Origin: the human T2T-CHM13v2.0 reference genome, Homo sapiens
DNA length: 64,000 bases
Assembly: GCF_009914755.1 (NCBI RefSeq)
Contig: NC_060948.1
Reading direction: 5' to 3' (one strand)
Part shown: positions 27,829 to 42,088 of the stretch, piece after piece
Numbering within the stretch: position 1 is the stretch's first letter
Layout of the letters: each line of letters begins with the position of its first letter
Program-made: the position numbers and the translations under genes
The notes under the pieces: model-generated
Seen by the model: only the letters and a program-made list of their open reading frames with translations
Told to the model about the DNA's origin: nothing
Databases searched by the model: none

Positions 27829-30800
27829 CCTGGAATAAAGTGGAATGCTACGGTCTCGAATGGAATAAAAATGTATGGAATGGAATGCAAAGAAACGTAA
27901 TCGAATGTCATAGAATGTAATGGAATGCAAAAAAATGGAATCCAAAATCATTGACTGGAAAGGCTGGGTGTCGAAAGGAATTGACTCCAATGGAATGGAA
28001 TCGAATGGAATGGAAGTGAATAGAATCGAACTAAATCGAATGGAATGGAATTGATAGGAACGGAATGGAAAGGAATGCAATGATTTGGCATGGAATGGAA
28101 TCGAATGGCATCGAATGGAATGGAATGGAATGCAATGGAATGGAATGTATTAGAATGTAATGAACTTTAATGGAATGTACTCGAATGGATTCGACTGGAA
28201 TGGAATGTTGTGGAAGTGAATGGACTCCAATGGAATGGATTCAAAAGGAATGGAATCGTACGGAATGGAATCTAATGGAATGGAATTAAATGGAAATGAA
28301 TCAAATTGAATAGCACGGAATTGAATTGAATGGAATGGAATGCAATGGAATCTAATGAAACGGAAAGGAAAGGAATGGAATGGAATGGAATGGGCTGGAA
28401 TGGAAAGGAATCGAAACGAATGGAATGGAATCGAACTGAAGAGACTGGAATGGAATGCACTGGAATGGAAGGGAGTGTAATGGAAGGTTCTCGAAAAAAA
28501 TGGAATGGAATGGAATGGAATTGAATGGAACGGAATAGAGTCGAATGGAATTGAATGGAATGGAATGGACTAGAGTGAAATGGAATCGAACCACAAGGAA
28601 TGGACAGGAATAGAATGGTCTCGAATTGAATGGAATCGTATGGAATGGCATCAAACGGAATGGAATGGACAGCCACGGAATGGAATGCACTCGAATGCAA
28701 TGGAGTCGAAACTAATGGACTGGAATAGAATGGACTCGACTGGTACGGACTCCAATGGAATGGAATCGAATGGAAGGGAATCGAACGGAATGGACTCGAA
28801 GGGAAAAGACTGCAATGGAAAGGTCTCGAATGGAATGGAAATTAATGGAATGGAATGGAATCGAATGAAATGGAGTCAAAAGGAATGGAATCGAATGGCA
28901 AGAAATCGAATGTAATGGAATCGCAAGGAATTGATGTGAACGGAACGGAATGGAATGGAATCCAAAGGAATGGAATAGAATGGAATGGAATCGAATGGAA
29001 AGGACTCGAATGGAAATCACTCGAATAGAATGCAATTTAATAAAATAGGATCAAATGTAATGGAATGGAATGGAAAGGAATCGAAACGAAAGGAATGGAG
29101 ACAGATGGAATGGAATGGAACAGAGAGCAATGGTATAGAATGGAATGGAATCATCTGGAATGGAATTGAATGGAATGGAATAATATGAAATGGAATGGAA
29201 TGGAATGGAATGGAATGCCCTTGAATTAAATGGACTGGAATGGAATGGACTCGAAGAGAGTGGAATGGAAAGTGTTGAGATAGAATGGAATGGACTCCTT
29301 TGGAATGGTGTAGTATGCAATGCAATCGACTGTCAGGGAATCAAAAGGAATGTAATGGAATGGATTGGACTGGAATGCAATGGACTCGAATAGATTGCAA
29401 ACGGAATGCAAAGGAATGGAATGGAATAGTATGGAATGGAATGGAAAGGAATGGAGTGGAATAGACTAGAGTGGAATGGAATGGACTGGAAAGCAATGGA
29501 CTGGAATGGAACTTTCTTGAATGGACTGCAATCAAACGGAATGGAATGCAATGCAATCAAATGGCATGGAATAAAATAGAATGAAAGAGAATCAAATGGA
29601 ATTGAATCGAATGGAATCGAATGGATTGGAAAGGAATAGAATGGAATGGAATGGAATTGACTCAAATGGAATGGACTAGAATGGAATGGATTCGAATGGA
29701 AGGCAAAGGAATGGAATCTATTGGAATGGACTGTAATGGAATGGAATGGAAGGGATTGGAATGGACTCGAATGGAATGGACTGCAATAGAAAGGATTCGA
29801 ATGGAATGAAAAAGAATTGAATGGAATAGAACAGAATGGAATCAAATCGAATGAAATGGAATGGAATAGAAAGGAATGGAATGAAATGGAATGGAAAGGA
29901 TTCGAATGGAATGCAATCGAATGGAATGGAATCGAACGGAATGGAATAAAATGGAAGAAAACTGACAAGAAATGGAATCGAAATGAATGGAGTGTTATGG
30001 AACGGACTCAAAAGGAATTGAATGTAATAGAATGGAGTGGAGTGGACTCGAATATAATGGACTGGAATGGAATGAAATCACAAGGAATGGGAACGAATGG
30101 AATGGAATGGAAAGGAATGGAATCGAATGGAAAGGAATCGAATGGAAGGGAATGAAATTGAATCAACAGGAATGGAAGGGAATAGAATAGACGGTAATGG
30201 AATGGACTCGAATAGAATGGACACGAATGCTCAAATTGAATGGACTCGAATGGAATGGAAACGAAAGGAATGTCATCGAATGGAATTGAATGGATTGGAA
30301 TGAAATCGCATAGAATGGAGTGGAATCAAATGGAATTGAATCGAAAGGAAAGGAAGCGAATGGACTGAAATGAAATGGAATGGAATTGAATGGAAAGTAA
30401 TGCAATGGAATAGAATGGAACGAAATTTCACGGAATGGAATCAAACTGAATGGAATCAAATCAATGGAATCAAATCAAATGGAATGGAAAGGAATTGAAT
30501 GGAGTAGATTGGATTGGATGGGATTGGAATGAAATGTACTGGAAAGGACTCGAATTTCATGAAACGGAATGGAATGAATTGGAACGGAATGGACTCGAAT
30601 GGAATGGAATGTCATGGAATGGCATCAAATGGAATGGCATCAAATGGAATGGAATCGAATGCAATGGAATGCTATGGAATGGAATGGAATGCATTGGAAT
30701 GGAATGTCCTCTAATGGAATGGATTCGAGTGGAATGGAATCGAATATAATGGAGTCGAATGAAATGGAATTGAAAGGAGTGGGATCGAATACAATGGAAT

Positions 30801-31382
30801 ATACTGGAATGTAATGTAATGAACTCGAATGTAATTGACTGGAATGGAATGTACATGAAAGGAATGTAATCGAATGGAAAGTAATCCAATGGAATAGAAT
30901 CTAATGCAATAAAATCGACTCAGATAGAGTAGAATGTAATGGAATGGAGTGCAGTGCAATGGAATGGAATGGAATGGAATGCAATGGAATGGAATGGAAT
31001 GGAATGGAATGGAATGGGATGGAATGGGATGGAATGGATAGTAATGGACTGGAGTGAAATGGACTGGAAAGGAATGGACTCAAATTGAAAGGGCTCGAAA
31101 GGAATGTAGTCAAATGGAATGGTCTGGAATGGAATGAACAGGAATGTAATGCAATCCAATAGAATGGAATCGAATGGCATGGAATATAAAGAAATGGAAT
31201 CGAAGAGAATGGAAACAAATGGAATGGAATTGAATGGAATGGAATTGAATGGAATGGGAACGAATGGAGTGAAATTGTATGCAGTAGAAGGGAATAGAAT
31301 GGAATGCAAGCGAAAGGAAAGGAATGGATTGGAATGGAATGGAATTCATTGGAATGGAAGGGAATGTAGTGTAATGGACAGG
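27829..31382 (+). repeat. DYZ1 unit H8, 3554 bp
   Basis: GGCC 27827 to 31381; tract -15. Confidence 0.9.
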
Positions 31383-34300
31383 CCTGGAATAAAGTGGAAT
31401 GCTACGGTCTCGAATGGAATAAAAATGTATGGAATGGAATGCAATGAAACGGAATCGAATGTCATAGAATGTAATGGAATGCAAAAAAATGGAATCCAAA
31501 ATCATTGACTGGAAAGGCTGGGTGTCGAAAGGAATTGACTCCAATGGTATGGAATCGAATGGAATGGAAGTGAATAGAATCGAACTAAATCGAATGGAAT
31601 GGAATTGATAGGAACGGAATGGAAAGGAATGCAATGAATTGGCATGGAATGGAATCGAATGGCATCGAATGGAATGGAATGGAATGCAATGGAATGGAAT
31701 GTATTAGAATGTAATGAACTTTAATGGAATGTACTCGAATGGATTCGACTGGAATGGAATGTTCTGGAAGTGAATGGACTCCAATGGAATGGATTCAAAA
31801 GGAATGGAATCGTACGGAATGGAATCTAATGGAATGGAATTAAATGGAAATGAATCAAATTGAATAGCACGGAATTGAATTGAATGGAATGGAATGCAAT
31901 GGAATCTAATGAAACGGAAAGGAAAGGAATGGAATGGAATGGAATGGGCTGGAATGGAAAGGAATCGAAACGAATGGAATGGAATCGAACTGAAGAGACT
32001 GGAATGGAATGCACTGGAATGGAAGGGAGTGTAATGGAAGGTTCTCGAAAAAAATGGAATCGAATGGAATGGAATTGAATGGAACGGAATAGAGTCGAAT
32101 GGAATTGAATGGAATGGAATGGACTAGAGTGAAATGGAATCGAACCACAAGGAATGGACAGGAATAGAATGGTCTCGAATTGAATGGAATCGTATGGAAT
32201 GGCATCAAACGGAATGGAATGGACAGCCACGGAATGGAATGCACTCGAATGCAATGGAGTCGAAACTAATGGACTGGAATAGAATGGACTCGACTGGTAC
32301 GGACTCCAATGGAATGGAATCGAATGGAAGGGAATCGAACGGAATGGACTCGAAGGGAAAAGACTGCAATGGAAAGGTCTCGAATGGAATGGAAATTAAT
32401 GGAATGGAATGGAATCGAATGAAATGGAGTCAAAAGGAATGGAATCGAATGGCAAGAAATCGAATGTAATGGAATCACAAGGAATTGATGTGAACGGAAC
32501 GGAATGGAATGGAATCCAAAGGAATGGAATAGAATGGAATGGAATCGAATGGAAAGGACTCGAATGGAAATCACTCGAATAGAATGCAATTTAATAAAAT
32601 AGGATCAAATGTAATGGAATGGAATGGAAAGGAATCGAAACGAAAGGAATGGAGACAGATGGAATGGAATGGAACAGAGAGCAATGGTATAGAATGGAAT
32701 GGAATCATCTGGAATGGAATTGAATGGAATGGAATAATATGAAATGGAATGGAATGGAATGGAATGGAATGCCCTTGAATTAAATGGACTGGAATGGAAT
32801 GGACTCGAACAGAGTGGAATGGAAAGTGTTGAGATAGAATGGAATGGACTCCTTTGGAATGGTGTAGTATGCAATGCAATCGACTGGCAGGGAATCAAAA
32901 GGAATGTAATGGAATGGATTGGACTGGAATGCAATGGACTCGAATAGATTGGAAACGGAATGCAAAGGAAAGGAATGGAATAGTATGGAATGGAATGGAA
33001 AGGAATGGAGTGGAATAGACTAGAGTGGAATGGAATGGACTGGAAAGCAATGGACTGGAATGGAACTTTCTTGAATGGACTGGAATCAAACGGAATGGAA
33101 TGCAATGCAATCAAATGGCATGGAATAAAATAGAATGAAAGAGAATCAAATGGAATTGAATCGAATGGAATCGAATGGATTGGAAAGGAATAGAATGGAA
33201 TGGAATGGAATTGACTCAAATGGAATGGACTAGAATGGAATGGATTCGAATGGAAGGCAAAGGAATGGAATCTATTGGAATGGACTGTAATGGAATGGAA
33301 TGGAAGGGATTGGAATGGACTCGAATGGAATGGACTGCAATAGAAAGGATTCGAATGGAATGAAAAAGAATTGAATGGAATAGAACAGAATGGAATCAAA
33401 TCGAATGAAATGGAATGGAATAGAAAGGAATGGAATGAAATGGAATGGAAAGGATTCGAATGGAATGCAATCGAATGGAATGGAATCGAACGGAATGGAA
33501 TAAAATGGAAGAAAACTGGCAAGAAATGGAATAGAAATGAATGGAGTGTTATGGAACGGACTCAAAGGAATTGAATGTAATAGAATGGAGTGGAGTGGAC
33601 TCGAATATAATGGACTGGAATGGAATGAAATCACATGGAATGGGAACGAATGGAATGGAATGGAAAGGAATGGAATCGAATGGAAAGGAATCGAATGGAA
33701 GGGAATGAAATTGAATCAACAGGAATGGAAGGGAATAGAATAGACGGTAATGGAATGGACTCGAATAGAATGGACACGAATGCTGAAATTGAATGGACTC
33801 GAATGGAATGGAAACGAAAGGAATGTCATCGAATGGAATTGAATGGATTGGAATGAAATCGCATAGAATGGAGTGGAATCAAATGGAATTGAATCGAAAG
33901 GAAAGGAAGCGAATGGACTGAAATGAAACGGAATGGAATTGAATGGAAAGTAATGCAATGGAATAGAATGGAACGAAATTTCACGGAATGGAATCAAACT
34001 GAATGGAATCAAATCAATGGAATCAAATCAAATGGAATGGAAAGGAATTGAATGGAGTAGATTGGATTGGATGGGATTGGAATGAAATGTACTGGAAAGG
34101 ACTCGAATTTCATGAAACGGAATGGAATGAATTGGAACGGAATGGACTCGAATGGAATGGAATGTCATGGAATGGCATCAAATGGAATGGCATCAAATGG
34201 AATGGAATCGAATGCAATGGAATGCTATGGAATGGAATGGAATGCATTGGAATGGAATGTCCTGTAATGGAATGGATTCGAGTGGAATGGAATCGAATAT

Positions 34301-34950
34301 AATGGAGTCGAATGAAATGGAATTGAAAGGAGTGGGATCGAATACAATGGAATATACTGGAATGTAATGTAATGAACTCGAATGTAGTTGACTGGAATGG
34401 AATGTACATGAATGGAATGTAATCGAATGGAAAGTAATCCAATGGAATAGAATCTCATGCAATAAAACCGACTCAGATAGAGTAGAATGTAATGGAATGG
34501 AGTGCAGTGCAATGGAATGGAATGGAATGGAATGCAATGGAATGGAATGGAATGGAATGGAATGGAATGGAATGGAATGGAATGGGATGGAATGGGATGG
34601 AATGGATAGTAATGGACTGGAGTGAAATGGACTGGAAAGGAATGGACTCAAATTGAAAGGGCTCGAAAGGAATGGAGTCAAATGGAATGGTCTGGAATGG
34701 AATGAACACGAATGTAATGCAATCCAATAGAATGGAATCGAATGGCATGGAATATAAAGAAATGGAATCGAAGAGAATGGAAACAAATGGAATGGAATTG
34801 AATGGAATGGAATTGAATGGAATGGGAACGAATGGAGTGAAATTGTATGCAGTAGAAGGGTATAGAATGGAATGCAAGCGAAAGGAAAGGAATGGATTGG
34901 AATGCAATGGAATTCATTGGAATGGAAGGGAATGTAGTGTAATGGACAGG
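31383..34950 (+). repeat. DYZ1 unit H9, 3568 bp
   Basis: GGCC 31381 to 34949; -1 near 33565. Confidence 0.9.
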
Positions 34951-37900
34951 CCTGGAATAAAGTGGAATGCTACGGTCTCGAATGGAATAAAAATGTATGG
35001 AATGGAATGCAATGAAACGGAATCAAATGTCATAGAATGTAATGGAATGCAAAAAAATGGAATCCAAAATCATTGACTGGAAAGGCTGGGTGTCGAAAGG
35101 AATTGACTCCAATGGAATGGAATCGAATGGAATGGAAGTGAATAGAATCGAACTAAATCGAATGGAATGGAATTGATAGGAACGGAATGGAAAGGAATGC
35201 AATCATTTGGCATGGAATGGAATCGAATGGCATCGAATGGAATGGAATGGAATGCAATGGAATGGAATGTATTAGAATGTAATGAACTTTAATGGAATGT
35301 ACTCGAATGGATTCGACTGGAATGGAATGTTCTGGAAGTGAATGGACTCCAATGGAATGGATTCAAAAGGAATGGAATCGTACGGAATGGAATCTAATGG
35401 AATGTAATTAAATGGAAATGAATCAAATTGAATAGCACGGAATTGAATTGAATGGAATGGAATGCAATGGAATCTAATGAAACGGAAAGGAAAGGAATGG
35501 AATGGAATGGAATGGGCTGGAATGGAAAGGAATCGAAACGAATGGAATGGAATCGAACTGAAGAGACTGGAATGGAATGCACTGGAATGGAAGGGAGTGT
35601 AATGGAAGGTTCTCGAAAAAAATGGAATCGAATGGAATGGAATTGAATGGAACGGAATAGAGTCGAATGGAATTGAATGGAATGGAATGGACTAGAGTGA
35701 AATGGAATCGAACCACAAGGAATGGACAGGAATAGAATGGTCTCGAATTGAATGGAATCGTATGGAATGGCATCAAACGGAATGGAATGGACAGCCACGG
35801 AATGGAATGCACTCGAATGCAATGGAGTCGAAACTAATGGACTGGAATAGAATGGACTCGACTGGTACGGACTCCAATGGAATGGAATCGAATGGAAGGG
35901 AATCGAACGGAATGGACTCGAAGGGAAAAGACTGCAATGGAAAGGTCTCGAATGGAATGGAAATTAATGGAATGGAATGGAATCGAATGAAATGGAGTCA
36001 AAAGGAATGGAATCGAATGGCAAGAAATCGAATGTAATGGAATCGCAAGGAATTGATGTGAACGGAACGGAATGGAATGGAATCCAAAGGAATGGAATAG
36101 AATGGAATGGAATCGAATGGAAAGGACTCGAATGGAAATCACTCGAATAGAATGCAATTTAATAAAATAGGATCAAATGTAATGGAATGGAATGGAAAGG
36201 AATCGAAACGAAAGGAATGGAGACAGATGGAATGGAATGGAACAGAGAGCAATGGTATAGAATGGAATGGAATCATCTGGAATGGAATTGAATGGAATGG
36301 AATAATATGAAATGGAATGGAATGGAATGGAATGGAATGCCCTTGAATTAAATGGACTGGAATGGAATGGACTCGAACAGAGTGGAATGGAAAGTGTTGA
36401 GATAGAATGGAATGGACTCCTTTGGAATGGTGTAGTATGCAATGCAATCGACTGGCAGGGAATCAAAAGGAATGTAATGGAATGGATTGGACTGGAATGC
36501 AATGGACTCGAATAGATTGGAAACGGAATGCAAAGGAATGGAATGGAATAGTATGGAATGGAATGGAAAGGAATGGAGTGGAATAGACTAGAGTGGAATG
36601 GAATGGACTGGAAAGCAATGGACTGGAATGGAACTTTCTTGAATGGACTGGAATCAAACGGAATGGAATGCAATGCAATCAAATGGCATGGAATAAAATA
36701 GAATGAAAGAGAATCAAATGGAATTGAATCGAATGGAATCGAATGGATTGGAAAGGAATAGAATGGAATGGAATGGAATTGACTCAAATGGAATGGACTA
36801 GAATGGAATGGATTCGAATGGAAGGCAAAGGAATGGAATCTATTGGAATGGACTGTAATGGAATGGAATGGAAGGGATTGGAATGGACTCGAATGGAATG
36901 GACTGCAATAGAAAGGATTCGAATGGAATGAAAAAGAATTGAATGGAATAGAACAGAATGGAATCAAATCGAATGAAATGGAATGGAATAGAAAGGAATG
37001 GAATGAAATGGAATGGAAAGGATTCGAATGGAATGCAATCGAATGGAATGGAATCGAACGGAATGGAATAAAATGGAAGAAAACTGGCAAGAAATGGAAT
37101 CGAAATGAATGGAGTGTTATGGAACGGACTCAAAAGGAATTGAATGTAATAGAATGGAGTGGAGTGGACTCGAATATAATGGACTGGAATGGAATGAAAT
37201 CACATGGAATGGGAACGAATGGAATGGAATGGAAAGGAATGGAATCGAATGGAAAGGAATCGAATGGAAGGGAATGAAATTGAATCAACAGGAATGGAAG
37301 GGAATAGAATAGACGGTAATGGAATGGACTCGAATAGAATGGACACGAATGCTGAAATTGAATGGACTCGAATGGAATGGAAACGAAAGGAATGTCATCG
37401 AATGGAATTGAATGGATTGGAATGAAATCGCATAGAATGGAGTGGAATCAAATGGAATTGAATCGAAAGGAAAGGAAGCGAATGGACTGAAATGAAATGG
37501 AATGGAATTGAATGGAAAGTAATGCAATGGAATAGAATGGAACGAAATTTCACGGAATGGAATCAAACTGAATGGAATCAAATCAATGGAATCAAATCAA
37601 ATGGAATGGAAAGGAATTGAATGGAGTAGATTGGATTCGAAGGGATTGGAATGAAATGTACTGGAAACGACTCGAATTTCATGAAACGGAATGGAATGAA
37701 TTGGAACGGAATGGACTCGAATGGAATGGAATGTCATGGAATGGCATCAAATGGAATGGCATCAAATGGAATGGAATCGAATGCAATGGAATGCTATGGA
37801 ATGGAATGGAATGCATTGGAATGGAATGTCCTCTAATGGAATGGATTCGAGTGGAATGGAATCGAATATAATGGAGTCGAATGAAATGGAATTGAAAGGA

Positions 37901-38519
37901 GTGGGATCGAATACAATGGAATATACTGGAATGTAATGTAATGAACTCGAATGTAATTGACTGGAATGGAATGTACATGAATGGAATGTAATCGAATGGA
38001 AAGTAATCCAATGGAATAGAATCTAATGCAATAAAACCGACTCAGATAGAGTAGAATGTAATGGAATGGAGTGCAGTGCAATGGAATGGAATGGAATGGA
38101 ATGCAATGGAATGGAATGGAATGGAATGGAATGGAATGGAATGGAATGGAATGGGATGGAATGGGATGGAATGGATAGTAATGGACTGGAGTGAAATGGA
38201 CTGGAAAGGAATGGACTCAAATTGAAAGGGCTCGAAAGGAATGGAGTCAAATGGAATGGTCTGGAATGGAATGAACACGAATGTAATGCAATCCAATAGA
38301 ATGGAATCGAATGGCATGGAATATAAAGAAATGGAATCGAAGAGAATGGAAACAAATGGAATGGAATTGAATGGAATGGAATTGAATGGAATGGGAACGA
38401 ATGGAGTGAAATTGTATGCAGTAGAAGGGTATAGAATGGAATGCAAGCGAAAGGAAAGGAATGGATTGGAATGCAATGGAATTCATTGGAATGGAAGGGA
38501 ATGTAGTGTAATGGACAGG
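34951..38519 (+). repeat. DYZ1 unit H10, 3569 bp
   Basis: GGCC 34949 to 38518. Confidence 0.9.
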
Positions 38520-41500
38520 CCTGGAATAAAGTGGAATGCTACGGTCTCGAATGGAATAAAAATGTATGGAATGGAATGCAATGAAACGGAATCAAATGTC
38601 ATAGAATGTAATGGAATGCAAAAAAATGGAATCCAAAATCATTGACTGGAAAGGCTGGGTGTCGAAAGGAATTGACTCCAATGGAATGGAATCGAATGGA
38701 ATGGAAGTGAATAGAATCGAACTAAATCGAATGGAATGGAATTGATAGGAACGGAATGGAAAGGAATGCAATCATTTGGCATGGAATGGAATCGAATGGC
38801 ATCGAATGGAATGGAATGGAATGCAATGGAATGGAATGTATTAGAATGTAATGAACTTTAATGGAATGTACTCGAATGGATTCGACTGGAATGGAATGTT
38901 CTGGAAGTGAATGGACTCCAATGGAATGGATTCAAAAGGAATGGAATCGTACGGAATGGAATCTAATGGAATGTAATTAAATGGAAATGAATCAAATTGA
39001 ATAGCACGGAATTGAATTGAATGGAATGGAATGCAATGGAATCTAATGAAACGGAAAGGAAAGGAATGGAATGGAATGGAATGGGCTGGAATGGAAAGGA
39101 ATCGAAACGAATGGAATGGAATCGAACTGAAGAGACTGGAATGGAATGCACTGGAATGGAAGGGAGTGTAATGGAAGGTTCTCGAAAAAAATGGAATCGA
39201 ATGGAATGGAATTGAATGGAACGGAATAGAGTCGAATGGAATTGAATGGAATGGAATGGACTAGAGTGAAATGGAATCGAACCACAAGGAATGGACAGGA
39301 ATAGAATGGTCTCGAATTGAATGGAATCGTATGGAATGGCATCAAACGGAATGGAATGGACAGCCACGGAATGGAATGCACTCGAATGCAATGGAGTCGA
39401 AACTAATGGACTGGAATAGAATGGACTCGACTGGTACGGACTCCAATGGAATGGAATCGAATGGAAGGGAATCGAACGGAATGGACTCGAAGGGAAAAGA
39501 CTGCAATGGAAAGGTCTCGAATGGAATGGAAATTAATGGAATGGAATGGAATCGAATGAAATGGAGTCAAAAGGAATGGAATCGAATGGCAAGAAATCGA
39601 ATGTAATGGAATCGCAAGGAATTGATGTGAACGGAACGGAATGGAATGGAATCCAAAGGAATGGAATAGAATGGAATGGAATCGAATGGAAAGGACTCGA
39701 ATGGAAATCACTCGAATAGAATGCAATTTAATAAAATAGGATCAAATGTAATGGAATGGAATGGAAAGGAATCGAAACGAAAGGAATGGAGACAGATGGA
39801 ATGGAATGGAACAGAGAGCAATGGTATAGAATGGAATGGAATCATCTGGAATGGAATTGAATGGAATGGAATAATATGAAATGGAATGGAATGGAATGGA
39901 ATGGAATGCCCTTGAATTAAATGGACTGGAATGGAATGGACTCGAACAGAGTGGAATGGAAAGTGTTGAGATAGAATGGAATGGACTCCTTTGGAATGGT
40001 GTAGTATGCAATGCAATCGACTGGCAGGGAATCAAAAGGAATGTAATGGAATGGATTGGACTGGAATGCAATGGACTCGAATAGATTGGAAACGGAATGC
40101 AAAGGAATGGAATGGAATAGTATGGAATGGAATGGAAAGGAATGGAGTGGAATAGACTAGAGTGGAATGGAATGGACTGGAAAGCAATGGACTGGAATGG
40201 AACTTTCTTGAATGGACTGGAATCAAACGGAATGGAATGCAATGCAATCAAATGGCATGGAATAAAATAGAATGAAAGAGAATCAAATGGAATTGAATCG
40301 AATGGAATCGAATGGATTGGAAAGGAATAGAATGGAATGGAATGGAATTGACTCAAATGGAATGGACTAGAATGGAATGGATTCGAATGGAAGGCAAAGG
40401 AATGGAATCTATTGGAATGGACTGTAATGGAATGGAATGGAAGGGATTGGAATGGACTCGAATGGAATGGACTGCAATAGAAAGGATTCGAATGGAATGA
40501 AAAAGAATTGAATGGAATAGAACAGAATGGAATCAAATCGAATGAAATGGAATGGAATAGAAAGGAATGGAATGAAATGGAATGGAAAGGATTCGAATGG
40601 AATGCAATCGAATGGAATGGAATCGAACGGAATGGAATAAAATGGAAGAAAACTGGCAAGAAATGGAATCGAAATGAATGGAGTGTTATGGAACGGACTC
40701 AAAAGGAATTGAATGTAATAGAATGGAGTGGAGTGGACTCGAATATAATGGACTGGAATGGAATGAAATCACATGGAATGGGAACGAATGGAATGGAATG
40801 GAAAGGAATGGAATCGAATGGAAAGGAATCGAATGGAAGGGAATGAAATTGAATCAACAGGAATGGAAGGGAATAGAATAGACGGTAATGGAATGGACTC
40901 GAATAGAATGGACACGAATGCTGAAATTGAATGGACTCGAATGGAATGGAAACGAAAGGAATGTCATCGAATGGAATTGAATGGATTGGAATGAAATCGC
41001 ATAGAATGGAGTGGAATCAAATGGAATTGAATCGAAAGGAAAGGAAGCGAATGGACTGAAATGAAATGGAATGGAATTGAATGGAAAGTAATGCAATGGA
41101 ATAGAATGGAACGAAATTTCACGGAATGGAATCAAACTGAATGGAATCAAATCAATGGAATCAAATCAAATGGAATGGAAAGGAATTGAATGGAGTAGAT
41201 TGGATTCGAAGGGATTGGAATGAAATGTACTGGAAACGACTCGAATTTCATGAAACGGAATGGAATGAATTGGAACGGAATGGACTCGAATGGAATGGAA
41301 TGTCATGGAATGGCATCAAATGGAATGGCATCAAATGGAATGGAATCGAATGCAATGGAATGCTATGGAATGGAATGGAATGCATTGGAATGGAATGTCC
41401 TCTAATGGAATGGATTCGAGTGGAATGGAATCGAATATAATGGAGTCGAATGAAATGGAATTGAAAGGAGTGGGATCGAATACAATGGAATATACTGGAA

Positions 41501-42088
41501 TGTAATGTAATGAACTCGAATGTAATTGACTGGAATGGAATGTACATGAATGGAATGTAATCGAATGGAAAGTAATCCAATGGAATAGAATCTAATGCAA
41601 TAAAACCGACTCAGATAGAGTAGAATGTAATGGAATGGAGTGCAGTGCAATGGAATGGAATGGAATGGAATGCAATGGAATGGAATGGAATGGAATGGAA
41701 TGGAATGGAATGGAATGGAATGGGATGGAATGGGATGGAATGGATAGTAATGGACTGGAGTGAAATGGACTGGAAAGGAATGGACTCAAATTGAAAGGGC
41801 TCGAAAGGAATGGAGTCAAATGGAATGGTCTGGAATGGAATGAACACGAATGTAATGCAATCCAATAGAATGGAATCGAATGGCATGGAATATAAAGAAA
41901 TGGAATCGAAGAGAATGGAAACAAATGGAATGGAATTGAATGGAATGGAATTGAATGGAATGGGAACGAATGGAGTGAAATTGTATGCAGTAGAAGGGAA
42001 TAGAATGGAATGCAAGCGAAAGGAAAGGAATGGATTGGAATGGAATGGAATTCATTGGAATGGAAGGGAATGTAGTGTAATGGACAGG
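38520..42088 (+). repeat. DYZ1 unit H11, 3569 bp (near-identical to H10)
   Basis: GGCC 38518 to 42087; shares private variants with H10. Confidence 0.9.

Noticed and set aside
33560-33570. 1-bp deletion CTCAAAGG (and similar small indels at ~59200, ~60497, ~61700) as meaningful events
   Set aside because: They lie in homopolymer or dinucleotide contexts typical of consensus errors and cannot be distinguished from real variants without reads.
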